Sequence record: MN453779.2
Reading direction: 5' to 3' (one strand)
Length of the DNA: 64,000 nucleotides
Of this stretch, positions 27,702 to 38,518 are shown piece after piece. How positions within the stretch are numbered: position 1 is the stretch's first letter; each line of letters begins with the position of its first letter. The notes under the pieces are model-generated. The model saw only the letters and a program-made list of their open reading frames with translations. It was not told where the DNA came from and did no database searches. Made by a program: the position numbers and the translations under genes.

Positions 27702-28385
27702 ATGGTTAAAGAAGAAGTTGTAAAGGTGATTAATGAACTGCGTATTCTCACAGCTAACTATAAGAAGTTTCGTGAGTACGTGGAGACATTCACTTGTGAA
27801 CCTCGTTGTAAAAAGGGTGTATTGGAGTTTGTTGATTCCTTGTTCTCTTACAATGATGGTGCTGGACAGGAATACCCAGCGGTGTACGGTAAGGTTCGTA
27901 AAGAACTAGGCTTGAAGTTAACCGTAGCCAAGACCGACATGAACGTTAGATTGTTCAAAGATGCTCTACGTGATCTTTATCTTGATTCTTCAGCTGTTAG
28001 TAAACTGGTGGATACCAGGATTGAGCTTGTTGCCAAACTTTGCGAATACGTTAAGTATATTCAATCTGAACTGGATAAGTCGGAACTAACTGATGCCCGT
28101 GAACGTCAAGTTTACCTGCGTCGTGCATTAGCTAGACTGAAAGGTGTTTTCGGCACTTTCCTTGCAGCACCTATTAGTAAAGACTCTTGGTCAGAAGTAC
28201 GACCTGCTGAGCACGTTCCATATCTCACAGACTCTATGGATGAAATTATCACTAAGTACTTTACTTATCCTGATACAATCTCCCCTTGGTCAGTTGATTG
28301 GGATCACAATGAACTAAGTGATGAATTCACTATTGATAGTGTTGAAACATTCCTAGACTATCTCGATACTTTTATTAAGTATTAA
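27702..28385 (+). CDS. Putative virion protein, 227 aa
   Basis: Coupled to the previous gene, ends at a terminator. Confidence 0.7.
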   Translation: MVKEEVVKVINELRILTANYKKFREYVETFTCEPRCKKGVLEFVDSLFSYNDGAGQEYPAVYGKVRKELGLKLTVAKTDMNVRLFKDALRDLYLDSSAVSKLVDTRIELVAKLCEYVKYIQSELDKSELTDARERQVYLRRALARLKGVFGTFLAAPISKDSWSEVRPAEHVPYLTDSMDEIITKYFTYPDTISPWSVDWDHNELSDEFTIDSVETFLDYLDTFIKY

Positions 28386-28388
28386 ATA

Positions 28389-28437
28389 ACATAAACTCTC
28401 TACTCCCAATTAAGGGAGTAGAGAGTTACTTTTATGT
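28389..28437. terminator. Bidirectional hairpin terminator with ACATAAA/TTTATGT flanks
   Basis: AACTCTCTACTCCC-AATTAA-GGGAGTAGAGAGTT. Confidence 0.8.
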
Positions 28438-28438
28438 T

Positions 28439-31360
28439 TTAGTTATTCAAATGTCGTTTAAACACAATTTCAATATCTTCACGAATAGTCAACAGTCTAT
28501 CGGAAGTTTGATCAAGTGCTTTTCTAATACTAAAACCATTCGTGTCGTCAACGTTGCTGATTACGTCCACAAAGTCATTCCCTGCCATCGCTACCACTTT
28601 CACATCTATAATGTCAGGGGTGCGTAGAGCAGTGATTAAGGAGCTTAGAGAGAACGTTTGTTTACGTACTTCATCGTTAGCTACTTTATGAGTATTGGTG
28701 ATCAACACATTCTGAAGATCATTATCAGTAATCCCTTCATCATTGAGATAATAGGTGACACTAAGTTTAATATCAGAGCGAATAGTTTTCTCAATCCCTT
28801 CGTTAATAACGATCTGGGTGAAGCCCATGGTACTACGTGGTTTAAACAAGATACGTGTTTCATCAATAGCTTGTTTATTGAATTCAACCAATTGATCATT
28901 TACTTCATTAGCAAAGAAATCTTCTACTAAACCAACATAAGTTGCGTCGTATTCATCTTGACTGAGTAAGTAGTTAAAGTCAAACCCAATGAAATCCCAA
29001 TGATATTTGATCAGTCTAGGATGAAGCATGACGGGTTTCCCATTTTCATCGTAAACCGTTTGATCCTTGAGGTACTTCCAGATAGGCTTAGGAGGTGTCT
29101 CATTAGTCATTCTAGGTTCACCTTTACGGTGTTCCAGAACTGCTTTACCATCCACAATAACTAACTTACCATTCTCTTTCTTGTAAACGTCTTCAGGATA
29201 AACATCAGGTACGTTCTCAGTGTATTTAGCGTATTGAGCAGACCCTACTACCGGTCTAATACGAGTATAAAGAGAACGAAGATTCTTACCAAAAGAGATC
29301 TTATATTCAGTTTCAATGATCGCCACGTTTAGACTAGTAAACAAAGACTGATCGATTTTAAAATCTGCCGTAGACTTAAGCACTTGACCTTCACCAGAAT
29401 AAGTGAAGATGAAGTTAACAGTTTCATCTAAGTTTACCCTGATTTCATCTTGGGGTTTACCGAATTGTTTAAACCCTTTTAGATCAATGAGGTTATTGTC
29501 GTCAATATCAAAATTAGAACCTAAGTCAAAACTAAAGATACGTTCTTTATCTTCAGTCCTGCCTAGCAATGTTCCTTTCATTGTAGCGGAAACATTAGAA
29601 CCGGCTGTTTTGAACATCAATTGAATGTTCACTGCGTCATCAGATAGTTCCTTATAAGCATCACTTGATTTGGTTTTGATATTTACGGTGTAACCAGTTT
29701 TACTAGAAAGAATATTAATGCTACCGATCCCAACTTGAATACCTAGATTAGCATTCTCATATCTAAATGTCTGGTATTTGATCTCAGGTTTAGCAACACG
29801 ATAACAACGCACGGCAGCACGATCGTTCATGGTATCAATGACGTACATGAAAGGTGTGTATACCATTGATCTTGTTGCCATTGTATCGATCTTAGTTTGG
29901 TTATTACTATTAACAAGACTTTCTACCTCGTTAACAGGGAGTAATCTATTAGTCTGATTGGTGATATCAAACACTGAACCACGGATAACAGTTACACGTC
30001 TTCCATTATCAATTGCGTTACCGGAAGCGATCAACTCTTCTAGTGAAGTAAGCACAGTTCCAGTATGAGTCCCAATTGAGCTATTAAACCGCACCATTGA
30101 TTCGTCATCAAAGAGTTTGTTCTCCTGAATAGGAAGATCCTTGGTAGTGCGATATAGTCGACCGGACACTGTATCGATAGACTTAATACTATCATACCCA
30201 AGGCGTTCCAAGGTTTGGGTAAAATCAGAGTTACTAATAGGAACTTGACGACGACGATGACCGTAGATGACCATGTTTTTCAATTCGCTAAAAGTAGTAC
30301 CATTCAAACCACCGCTGATTGGAGTAATGGTGTCTACAGTCACTTCATTAATATCGCGAAGCGGTAAAGAGTACTTGCTCAATTTACCTTGCTTGTTCCG
30401 ATAATCAAAATACCCTACTGTATGTTCCTGACTCTTCAGTGTGCTTAGATCCTGACTGTATTCACCCTTAGTAGTGTAGATAAGAAGTGTAATACGACCC
30501 AAAGCGGTTTCATTCTGCAAATATACGGAAGGAATGGAAGCTTCGAAACTACTTTCATCAATTAAATCAATTGTCAAAGTAGGCTGATTAGGATCAAAGT
30601 TATCGTTATTGAAAACCACTGACATTTCATAACGATTATCGGAGCCATCGGGGGTAATAAAAGCCCTTACCGCGAACAGTTTATCTTTAAACTCAATAGT
30701 ATTACGATAACCAGTGGTAACGTTAACAGGATCTGGACCACGTTCAGTAATCTCTAACTGTCTCATTGGTAAATGAACAGAGAGATATTTACGATTATCA
30801 ATATTGAGGATTTCGCGATCAGGTGAGTTCCCCACTAGCGGTTTAAGGGGGGAGGTATATGAGCTGTCATAAACAACCTGATAACCACCATGATCCATTA
30901 CTCGTATCTCAACCGGATTCTCCAGTAGAAATGGAATACCTGCTACTGTGAACTGGGTATCTGGAGGAAGAACTACCTTCTTATAAGTGTTAACTTGTGT
31001 CCCATCTGTATCGCTATATTCCAAAGCAATAGAGTTGATAACTTCTTCCGAAACGATCCATCTCCACGTGAGGTTGGAGGGTTCACTAAAGACACCGTAC
31101 CAGTCTTCATCACACATCACTTTAGAAAGGTCAGAAAGATTACGCGCGTGAACAGGATACTTCCTAGCTGTATTATCTCCCAGCCTTGATATGAACCCAT
31201 AGTTAGTACCTACAATCAAGTCTACTGCATAGCTAAAAGGGTGGCCTTTGCTATTGAGTGTTCCTGAACCAGCATTAAACGTAGCTTCTATTTCTTTGAA
31301 TACGGTACCGATAATTCTACTTGGGTTATTAGCGTACTGTTCTAGTGTATTGAAGTCCAT
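28439..31360 (-). CDS. Large virion structural protein, probably baseplate (phiKZ gp87-like), 973 aa
   Basis: Size, beta-rich composition and synteny in the phiKZ-like structural cluster. Confidence 0.6.
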   Translation of the reverse strand: MDFNTLEQYANNPSRIIGTVFKEIEATFNAGSGTLNSKGHPFSYAVDLIVGTNYGFISRLGDNTARKYPVHARNLSDLSKVMCDEDWYGVFSEPSNLTWRWIVSEEVINSIALEYSDTDGTQVNTYKKVVLPPDTQFTVAGIPFLLENPVEIRVMDHGGYQVVYDSSYTSPLKPLVGNSPDREILNIDNRKYLSVHLPMRQLEITERGPDPVNVTTGYRNTIEFKDKLFAVRAFITPDGSDNRYEMSVVFNNDNFDPNQPTLTIDLIDESSFEASIPSVYLQNETALGRITLLIYTTKGEYSQDLSTLKSQEHTVGYFDYRNKQGKLSKYSLPLRDINEVTVDTITPISGGLNGTTFSELKNMVIYGHRRRQVPISNSDFTQTLERLGYDSIKSIDTVSGRLYRTTKDLPIQENKLFDDESMVRFNSSIGTHTGTVLTSLEELIASGNAIDNGRRVTVIRGSVFDITNQTNRLLPVNEVESLVNSNNQTKIDTMATRSMVYTPFMYVIDTMNDRAAVRCYRVAKPEIKYQTFRYENANLGIQVGIGSINILSSKTGYTVNIKTKSSDAYKELSDDAVNIQLMFKTAGSNVSATMKGTLLGRTEDKERIFSFDLGSNFDIDDNNLIDLKGFKQFGKPQDEIRVNLDETVNFIFTYSGEGQVLKSTADFKIDQSLFTSLNVAIIETEYKISFGKNLRSLYTRIRPVVGSAQYAKYTENVPDVYPEDVYKKENGKLVIVDGKAVLEHRKGEPRMTNETPPKPIWKYLKDQTVYDENGKPVMLHPRLIKYHWDFIGFDFNYLLSQDEYDATYVGLVEDFFANEVNDQLVEFNKQAIDETRILFKPRSTMGFTQIVINEGIEKTIRSDIKLSVTYYLNDEGITDNDLQNVLITNTHKVANDEVRKQTFSLSSLITALRTPDIIDVKVVAMAGNDFVDVISNVDDTNGFSIRKALDQTSDRLLTIREDIEIVFKRHLNN

Positions 31361-31383
31361 AACTTATTTCCTTAAGAATAAGA

Positions 31384-32457
31384 TCATTTCTGTACAAACC
31401 AACATAGTTTAATACCGTATCTACCAGGACCGGAATCATTACGTTTATCACCTTGAACGGGTAACAACAAAGGGATCGCCCCGTAGTTATAAGCTTGGTA
31501 CTCTTTGGTACTCAACATCCGATAATACTTGTTGCGGTTCTCTGGTCTTAATGCTGGGTTATAAAGATAAGTGTGTTCATTAAAAGACTGTATCAAACCC
31601 AGTTCATTAAACCTCATCCCCACAGAACTAAATTGTACAGAGAAGTCATCTTGACCTTCCGCTCTCAGTGAGTTCTGGGTATTATCAATGTTGGCCATTG
31701 AACCAGCTGGATAGGTTGTCGGGATGGATTGCACAGTAGCAAAAATGTGTTCTAAGAACTCTGCATCTTTGTTCATAATCAAATGGTAGATTCTGCAATC
31801 ATAATCAATGCGATTACCAAATAGATAAAAATCCCTAGGAGATAAGTTACGATCACCAGAAGTAACTTCTGAAATGTAATCTTCCCATACTTGGAACAGA
31901 GCAGGTATTACACTTGGTTTTGGGTTATAGTAAGTCTGAGCCATGGTAAAGGTACCGTTCTCTTCTAACTTACTACTTACTCTTTGATACACTTGATCAC
32001 GAATACCTGGTTCTGAGCTCTGAGTTTGAATTTGTAAATCACCAAACCCGGTGGACGTTTTCAGATATTCAGTTAAACATGTGATAAAAGGAATTTGGTT
32101 ATTAAGCATTATAGGCTGATTTGCAGCAGCCCAGCGCTCATCTAACATCCCTCTTATATATGCCCCCATGCTGTACTGTGAGACCCCTATTAAACTACAA
32201 AGTTTCTCAGAACGACTGACGTTATCATCAGTTAAATTCAATTGTGGCCGAGTGACGAAGGCTAATCCTATGGTGTTATCGGACAGCGGCATCATAGCCG
32301 GTCCTCTGCCTAGTAGCCTAAATCCTCGAAGAGAATTTATTAGCGGTGCAGTATAACCCGGAGTACCACTATCGAGCATAGCTGCATCAAAAAGCTCTTT
32401 TCGTTTATCTAGGGTTTCTCCGGTATAATTTGTAAAATCATTCTCATTTTGTTCCAT
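31384..32457 (-). CDS. Virion structural protein (phiKZ gp88-like), 357 aa
   Basis: Synteny; FVTRPQLNL and DYDCRIYHL segments. Confidence 0.55.
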   Translation of the reverse strand: MEQNENDFTNYTGETLDKRKELFDAAMLDSGTPGYTAPLINSLRGFRLLGRGPAMMPLSDNTIGLAFVTRPQLNLTDDNVSRSEKLCSLIGVSQYSMGAYIRGMLDERWAAANQPIMLNNQIPFITCLTEYLKTSTGFGDLQIQTQSSEPGIRDQVYQRVSSKLEENGTFTMAQTYYNPKPSVIPALFQVWEDYISEVTSGDRNLSPRDFYLFGNRIDYDCRIYHLIMNKDAEFLEHIFATVQSIPTTYPAGSMANIDNTQNSLRAEGQDDFSVQFSSVGMRFNELGLIQSFNEHTYLYNPALRPENRNKYYRMLSTKEYQAYNYGAIPLLLPVQGDKRNDSGPGRYGIKLCWFVQK

Positions 32458-32477
32458 CTGTTACTCCGGGAGTATAT

Positions 32478-33560
32478 ATGGCCATTGCAGCAGTTTTGGC
32501 GTTCGGCTCGATGCTGACCTCCCTCGCTACCATTGTAGGTAAAGGCGGGGAAAACATCGACAAAGCAAAAGAAGTTATTGACCGTGTAGGTTCAGCATAC
32601 AATGTTTTAAATACAACTAGTATTTCTCAGTCTGCTGGTCGTGTTTTGATCTCTCCGATGGTTGCGATTGAACGCAGTTTGATCCATCAGGAATATGCTC
32701 AAGATCTGATGACCATCGTAAACTTGCGTGACATTAAAGACGCTCTGACTCACCTTGCTATGCAGGGACAAGTAGACGGGATTAAAATTGCATCTTTGGT
32801 AGATTCCATTAATCCGCGCCGTGCAGGATTCTTGGCTTATCAAGGTGTGGAAGCGTTTGGTGGTCAAGCTCCAAGTAAACCTCAAGCTGCTATTGAAGGT
32901 CGTGTAACCATTGCTGGTAAAGATTATCCAGACTTTGGTACTTATGCGCCTTTGGCTCTTGGTCGAACTGTACAAGCTTCTGTACAGATTGGTTCCACCA
33001 TGGTCTGTTTCCCCCTTAACTTCCGCCAGGTCCCTGTTCCCGTCTCTTCAAACGATCTTGAAGCTATCTTTGAAGCAGCTCGACCAGAAGAAGGTTTGTT
33101 CGGTCGTTACATGATGCTCCAATCGGGTGAACTCACTTCTCCTGAATTCCTTACCGGCACCGATCAGATCAAACGTGAATTCAATATCCGTATGAATGAC
33201 ATGTCAGGTTACTATAAAGAAGCTACTGATCGTTCCAGTAAGAACAAAATGGCTGCTTTGAGAACTGGCATTATGTCCATGAACACCATGGCCAATACCA
33301 TTATCATGAGCCAAGAAACTGCAACTCAGATTGAAATGGAACTTGGTGTCAAGTTTAATAAATCTGGTATTGCTGCTATTCGTAAGAAAGTCCTCGCTAA
33401 CACCATTGTTATTGTTGACGATGGCATGGGCATCTTTACCTTCTGGAACTCAGGTTCCAATATGAAGGAAGAATATACTCGTAAAGAGATCTCAGTTATT
33501 ACCAAGAAAGAAAACTCTATGGATCTTTCTTCTCTCATGAAACTCTTTGTTGGGCGATAA
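32478..33560 (+). CDS. Virion head/inner-body protein (phiKZ gp89-like), 360 aa
   Basis: Synteny, GVEAF motif, GGAG RBS. Confidence 0.6.
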   Translation: MAIAAVLAFGSMLTSLATIVGKGGENIDKAKEVIDRVGSAYNVLNTTSISQSAGRVLISPMVAIERSLIHQEYAQDLMTIVNLRDIKDALTHLAMQGQVDGIKIASLVDSINPRRAGFLAYQGVEAFGGQAPSKPQAAIEGRVTIAGKDYPDFGTYAPLALGRTVQASVQIGSTMVCFPLNFRQVPVPVSSNDLEAIFEAARPEEGLFGRYMMLQSGELTSPEFLTGTDQIKREFNIRMNDMSGYYKEATDRSSKNKMAALRTGIMSMNTMANTIIMSQETATQIEMELGVKFNKSGIAAIRKKVLANTIVIVDDGMGIFTFWNSGSNMKEEYTRKEISVITKKENSMDLSSLMKLFVGR

Positions 33561-33562
33561 AC

Positions 33563-34438
33563 ATGATTCTGATTAAAAACTATTCAAAGGCTGATCTGCT
33601 TTTGACCATTGATCGTGAACTCAACCATGTGGTTGGTTTCAAAGACTCTATGAAACTCTTTAAAGAAGTACTGGGTGGTTATAACGCTCTGAGTACTTAC
33701 GTTGATCACAATGCGGTTCTTAAAGGCATTCAGTCAAAAGTTAAATCCAAGATCGGGAATAACTTTGATCTGCTGGGTGCAATTGAGATGGGTGTCAATA
33801 ACGTAGCCTCTGTATTGCCAGAACTGCGTAAACAAGTATCCCAGTCTAGTACTAAGACTTATGACGGCGAAACCATTACCTTTAAAGAACGCGGTATCCT
33901 TGATACTGTTTCGGCAATTAACTTCTTTAATCGTTACACCAACATGGTTTTGGACATTCTCCTAACCCAAGGTTATGACGAGAAAACTGATGTTAAATCT
34001 CTACTCAATAAAGTAGACTTCGCCTTCTTTAACGATACTGCTGCCTACTACGGTAATCTCCTTACTCGTTTCAGTGAAGGTTATAAGGTAGTGCTGGAAG
34101 CCATTGAAGCTCTTTCTGATGAGCAAGTGGATGATCTCTCCGAAGGCATCATTGCTGAAGCTGAGGGTAAAGAAGCTGTTTCTGTTCGCCAAGGTCTCGC
34201 ACCTCACGAATTGAATCCACTCTTCTGGATTCGGCTGTGGAAAATGCGTCGTGATGTTTCTACTATCCAAGTGTCTCAGGAACAGATCGAACTGATGGCA
34301 ATGAAAATTGCTCGTTTGAATAACAAGCGTTCTGGTACTGAAGATCCCGCACTTGATCGTCAAATCGAGACTTATGAAAATGAGATCTTGAAGAAGCGTG
34401 CTAAGATCGAAGCAATCATGGGGAAATACAATGGCTAA
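33563..34438 (+). CDS. Virion head/inner-body protein (phiKZ gp90-like), 291 aa
   Basis: Synteny; C-terminal coiled coil. Confidence 0.6.
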   Translation: MILIKNYSKADLLLTIDRELNHVVGFKDSMKLFKEVLGGYNALSTYVDHNAVLKGIQSKVKSKIGNNFDLLGAIEMGVNNVASVLPELRKQVSQSSTKTYDGETITFKERGILDTVSAINFFNRYTNMVLDILLTQGYDEKTDVKSLLNKVDFAFFNDTAAYYGNLLTRFSEGYKVVLEAIEALSDEQVDDLSEGIIAEAEGKEAVSVRQGLAPHELNPLFWIRLWKMRRDVSTIQVSQEQIELMAMKIARLNNKRSGTEDPALDRQIETYENEILKKRAKIEAIMGKYNG

Positions 34439-34955
34439 GGACTTCCGACACGCAAGATTCGGGTTGGTTCCTGCTAGTTTCACAGATCAGCGGATGGAAG
34501 GAAATGAGCAAATTCTCAAATCCTTCCTCAAAGGCGTTAATGGGTTTAACCTCATTAATAATGCTGAAAGTCATATTGAAGTTTTCACCATTGCTAAAGA
34601 GTACATTGGTGATGACTTCCGTAGTTGGCTTTATGTGAACTATCGTTCAGGTTCTGGTGCTCGTAAAGATCTTGTTCGAGCAATTGTTGGTTACATTAGT
34701 GGGAATCTTTCCATTCGTAACGTAACCACTCAGATGAAAATCGATCTGGGTAAAATTGCTTATATCAAACCTGGTAAACAGATTCAAACTCCAATTATCT
34801 ATGACGAGTACGATGCTCGTAAAGATAACTTTAAAGTAGAGGATATCGACTTCTCTATTATTCAGAATCGGAACATTATGGATCTATTTGCGGCTATTGG
34901 ACCAGAACTCACTGCTAAGTTCTGTTTGAGCATTGATGGAGTCTATTATGGCTGA
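34431..34955 (+). CDS. Putative virion protein
   Basis: ATG 34431 overlapping the upstream stop preferred over the track start 34398. Confidence 0.65.
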   Translation: MAKDFRHARFGLVPASFTDQRMEGNEQILKSFLKGVNGFNLINNAESHIEVFTIAKEYIGDDFRSWLYVNYRSGSGARKDLVRAIVGYISGNLSIRNVTTQMKIDLGKIAYIKPGKQIQTPIIYDEYDARKDNFKVEDIDFSIIQNRNIMDLFAAIGPELTAKFCLSIDGVYYG

Positions 34956-36213
34956 TACTGTAATGGAAGAACTCCAAATGGCCGAGATCAGTTTAGCTAA
35001 AGTTCCTGATGTTTCAGAACTACAAAAAGAGGCAGCTAAACTAGTAGAAGATATTCGGACCGATATCTCTATTAAAGATCGCGTAGAGAAAGCTCTTATT
35101 GTTATTAACGAGAAAGCTGATTACGAAATCACACCGCAGCTGGTTCAAAAAACCGATGACATGATTAATGAGTTCGGTGGTCTAAAAGTTAAAGCAGGTG
35201 GGCGTATCACTGTTGATGGGATGGAAAGCTTTGGTTTGACTGTTACTCCTAAAGAGTGGCGAGCAAGTCGTGTAGCTGGTCTGGAGTCATTCCTAGCGGA
35301 CACATATCGCAACATCAAGCGTTTGGCTAACCAACTCTCAGATACGTTTGAACGTCGTTATACAGAGCTTACCACTTCCTTGGAAGTACTCGATACTCGT
35401 ATTGAGAATGTTACTTCTATGTTGGATTCCGTCACCCAGCAACGTGACGGTAAAAAACAAGTAGAACTTAATGGGTTACTTGTTAGAGCTCTGACCAAAG
35501 GAAACGAAGCTTTCCCTTCAGATCTTGCTAAACACATTGTAAAAGAAGTTAATTACTTCTCTTCTGTGATGAAGCTCTGTGAGATGGAACTGAGTCGTTA
35601 TCGTGGTAACATCATTCGTTATTTTGGGAACAGTAAACTAAAGGAACTTAACAACGTAACCTTTAGTGCACCAAAGATTCTTAACTTCAATGGTAAAGTT
35701 GATCCTAAAGAAGAGAATGTTTTTCTCCGTAGTGAATCCGCTCCTATGCTGGAAGGTCGAGTAGTAAGTTGCAAATTCGTGGCACCTCGTTGGTTGAAAG
35801 ACCACTATACTGGTGAATCCGAAAACGACGTCTACTCAGAACTTCTTGCTGAAACAGGGTTTGAACTTCGAGCTATAAATCGTAGAGACTCTGGTAGTGT
35901 TAATGTGAACACCATGACTCTTAGTCAGATGTTCACTATTCTCAAAGTTGTTCAAGAACTAGTTGAATATATTCGTAATCTCAATAATGAATATAACAGT
36001 CTTGATCTGAACCCGGAAGAGATCAAAGATAATCTGGTTACTTTGAAACGTGGAGATGATGAAGGTAAAGTACGTCAGTACGCGCTACTCACTACTGATT
36101 ATGATTACAAAGTTAATCTATTCAGAGCAGATGTATCTAACTACTTGACAGTGCTCTCCAGTCACCTTCTGACGCTTCTTACTGTTCACCTGGAGTGTTA
36201 CGATGTCCAATGA
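34948..36213 (+). CDS. Internal head (ejection) protein, phiKZ gp93/95/97-type family
   Basis: ATG 34948 after GGAG; acidic propeptide, GMESF and GLESF. Confidence 0.65.
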   Translation: MADTVMEELQMAEISLAKVPDVSELQKEAAKLVEDIRTDISIKDRVEKALIVINEKADYEITPQLVQKTDDMINEFGGLKVKAGGRITVDGMESFGLTVTPKEWRASRVAGLESFLADTYRNIKRLANQLSDTFERRYTELTTSLEVLDTRIENVTSMLDSVTQQRDGKKQVELNGLLVRALTKGNEAFPSDLAKHIVKEVNYFSSVMKLCEMELSRYRGNIIRYFGNSKLKELNNVTFSAPKILNFNGKVDPKEENVFLRSESAPMLEGRVVSCKFVAPRWLKDHYTGESENDVYSELLAETGFELRAINRRDSGSVNVNTMTLSQMFTILKVVQELVEYIRNLNNEYNSLDLNPEEIKDNLVTLKRGDDEGKVRQYALLTTDYDYKVNLFRADVSNYLTVLSSHLLTLLTVHLECYDVQ

Positions 36214-37186
36214 TCAGCAATCGCTGAGAAAGGGCTTAGAGGCGCTTATTTTGAGTGATATTCAGATCGCAGGGAACGAATCCCTGCTTTCTGATGTATT
36301 TGCAAAAGTTAGCTCTAATGTAAAAACTGGTGTAGAGTGGGCTGGAGGTAAAATGGCTGATGGTGCTGTACAAGCACTTAAACAAGCTAATACCTCAATT
36401 TTGCAACAACTCGGAGCACGTAAGCTTCTACTCTCTAACTTGGCTAGTAGAACACGTAATGACGGAATTAAAGAGAGTTCAACTCTAACTTCCGGTCAGG
36501 TTCGTAAACTCACTACGTTAGAAGGTAATGATAAAGTTACCCCAGATATCATTGAAGATGATTTAGTTACTCTTCACAATGTTATCTCTGATGTACTGAA
36601 ATTCCAATTGGAATTAGAAACTTATTATCAGAAAGAGCTAGGTTTACTGAAATCTTTCTCATCTGTTAAGAACACTGAAGAAGCAGTTAAGTCGATTCAG
36701 GCTCTTGATCAACTGAGCTTTCCTACTCCCAAGTTCGCTATTAAACAGGATTCTATGTTCCTAACAAGTGTACTTGCTGGTGGGAAACAGTTTGTGTTTA
36801 ATCCAGACACTTGTAAGTTTACAGTAGAACAAGCTGATCTTAAATCCATCAGTGGTGATGCTACTGTATCTTTTGCAAAGGAAGACGTACTCTCTTTGCT
36901 AACTAAAGTTAACGCTTTGGTTATCGATTACAATGCTGTCACTAAAGCTAATGAACACTACATGAGCTACATCAAGGAGTTCAATACTGTGGTGGGTAAG
37001 AGCTTTGTCCATTTGGAAGAGATCAAAGGTCAGATCAGCATTTCTTTGATCAGGGATATGCAATCTAGGTTAGAAGGTAATCCAAAGGTATTTTCTTTCT
37101 ATTCTGGTTTCTTACCTAAGATCACTCTTTACATTGACGATTATGTGGAAGCATTGACGTCCTTCCTTAGTAAACAATTTAATTAA
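36203..37186 (+). CDS. Internal head protein, 327 aa
   Basis: GLEAL and AGNESL near the N-terminus; lies in the paralog cluster. Confidence 0.6.
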   Translation: MSNDQQSLRKGLEALILSDIQIAGNESLLSDVFAKVSSNVKTGVEWAGGKMADGAVQALKQANTSILQQLGARKLLLSNLASRTRNDGIKESSTLTSGQVRKLTTLEGNDKVTPDIIEDDLVTLHNVISDVLKFQLELETYYQKELGLLKSFSSVKNTEEAVKSIQALDQLSFPTPKFAIKQDSMFLTSVLAGGKQFVFNPDTCKFTVEQADLKSISGDATVSFAKEDVLSLLTKVNALVIDYNAVTKANEHYMSYIKEFNTVVGKSFVHLEEIKGQISISLIRDMQSRLEGNPKVFSFYSGFLPKITLYIDDYVEALTSFLSKQFN

Positions 37187-37228
37187 ATCGTTTCGCGTAA
37201 ATTCAAATCTATTCAAGGAATTTTTATT

Positions 37229-38413
37229 ATGTCTCTTCATGATATTTTTGCTTCCGTAACTGGTAACGAAAACCTGGAAAACGCTATTGAAGAACAGATC
37301 GAAGCTACTGTTGAAGCAGTAGTTGAAGCTCAAGTTGCTGCCGAAATCGCCGAAGCTGGTGAAGCTGTTGCCGAAGCAGAAGCTGACATCAAAGAAGCCG
37401 AAGTTGCTATTGAAGCTCTGGAAGAGAAAGTTGAAGAACTGGAAGAAGTCGTAGAAGGTATGGAATCCATGCTGTCTGGCGCTACTCCGTTTAACGCCGC
37501 TCTGTTCCATGATCAGTATAAGCGTGCTGCTAAGGTTTCTGCTAAGTTCGGTCAACCAACTGAAATTCACGGTGTTGAATCCTTCGCTGATGCTTCTACC
37601 GCTTCCCTGAACGCTCTGGCTGGTGTAGAATCTTTCAAAGAAACTGCCGCCAAAGGTGTTGCAGCCGTTAAGAAGTTCTTCGTTGATCTGTACAATGGCT
37701 TCATCAACTTCTTTGCTGGTATCTTTAACAAGTTTAAAGGTATCGAGAACCGTGGCAAATCTCTGAAAGCTAAGCTGGCTGCTAAAGATAAACTGGCTGA
37801 GAAGGCTAAACTGCCGAAGTCCTCTGGCTGGCTGAAAGCTGACGGTTCCGCTCCTTCTGTAGGTTCCGTGATGGAATCTGTTGTTAAACAGTGTCAAGGT
37901 GCTATGAACGTAGATGCTTCCGGTACTCCGTTCACCAACCTGAAAGCTGCTGCTGAAACCCTGAAGGGTCTGGGTACTGCTTCCCAAGCTGCCGACAGCG
38001 ATGCTTCTGCTACCTACAAAGTAGCCGTAGAGAAAGGTTCCTTCACCGTTACTATTCCTAAGAAGTCGGAAGGTCTGGCCAACGTCTCCGTCACCGTAGG
38101 TGCTCCGGAAGGTGAAGGTGTGGAGATCCAAGCTCCGGGTAAAGATAAGCTGCAAGATCTGGCTACCAAAGTTATGACTGAAGCTAAGAAACTGCAACTG
38201 TCCAAACTGGATCGTAAAGCTCTGGAAGCTACTCGTGACGCCACCATCGCCAAACTCGAGAAGCTGGGTGCAGAGCAAGGTGCCGATAAGAAAGCTCAGA
38301 TCGCTGAGTACCGCAATGGTACCAAGGGTGCTCTGAAACTCCAACAAGGCGGTCTGAAGGTTGCTGGCGCAATCCTGTCCGCTCAGCTGGACTACGTTGC
38401 TGCCTTTGCTTAA
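37229..38413 (+). CDS. Abundant internal head protein, 394 aa
   Basis: Glu/Ala-rich propeptide, GMESM and two GVESF; strong optimal-codon bias. Confidence 0.7.
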   Translation: MSLHDIFASVTGNENLENAIEEQIEATVEAVVEAQVAAEIAEAGEAVAEAEADIKEAEVAIEALEEKVEELEEVVEGMESMLSGATPFNAALFHDQYKRAAKVSAKFGQPTEIHGVESFADASTASLNALAGVESFKETAAKGVAAVKKFFVDLYNGFINFFAGIFNKFKGIENRGKSLKAKLAAKDKLAEKAKLPKSSGWLKADGSAPSVGSVMESVVKQCQGAMNVDASGTPFTNLKAAAETLKGLGTASQAADSDASATYKVAVEKGSFTVTIPKKSEGLANVSVTVGAPEGEGVEIQAPGKDKLQDLATKVMTEAKKLQLSKLDRKALEATRDATIAKLEKLGAEQGADKKAQIAEYRNGTKGALKLQQGGLKVAGAILSAQLDYVAAFA

Positions 38414-38442
38414 TCAACTCTGTTGATACATAAGTAAACTAC

Positions 38443-38480
38443 TAGAGAAGAGAGGGCTTCGGCTCTCTCTTCTCTATGTT
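38443..38480 (+). terminator. Hairpin terminator with C(UUCG)G tetraloop
   Basis: TAGAGAAGAGAGGGC-TTCG-GCTCTCTCTTCTCTA. Confidence 0.8.
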
Positions 38481-38518
38481 TGTTCGCTGATTTTATGATC
38501 TCTATTAGGAGTACTAAG

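Noticed and set aside
37112-38347. 411-aa antisense ORF over the abundant head-protein gene
   Set aside because: Same in-register shadow effect of strong codon bias.
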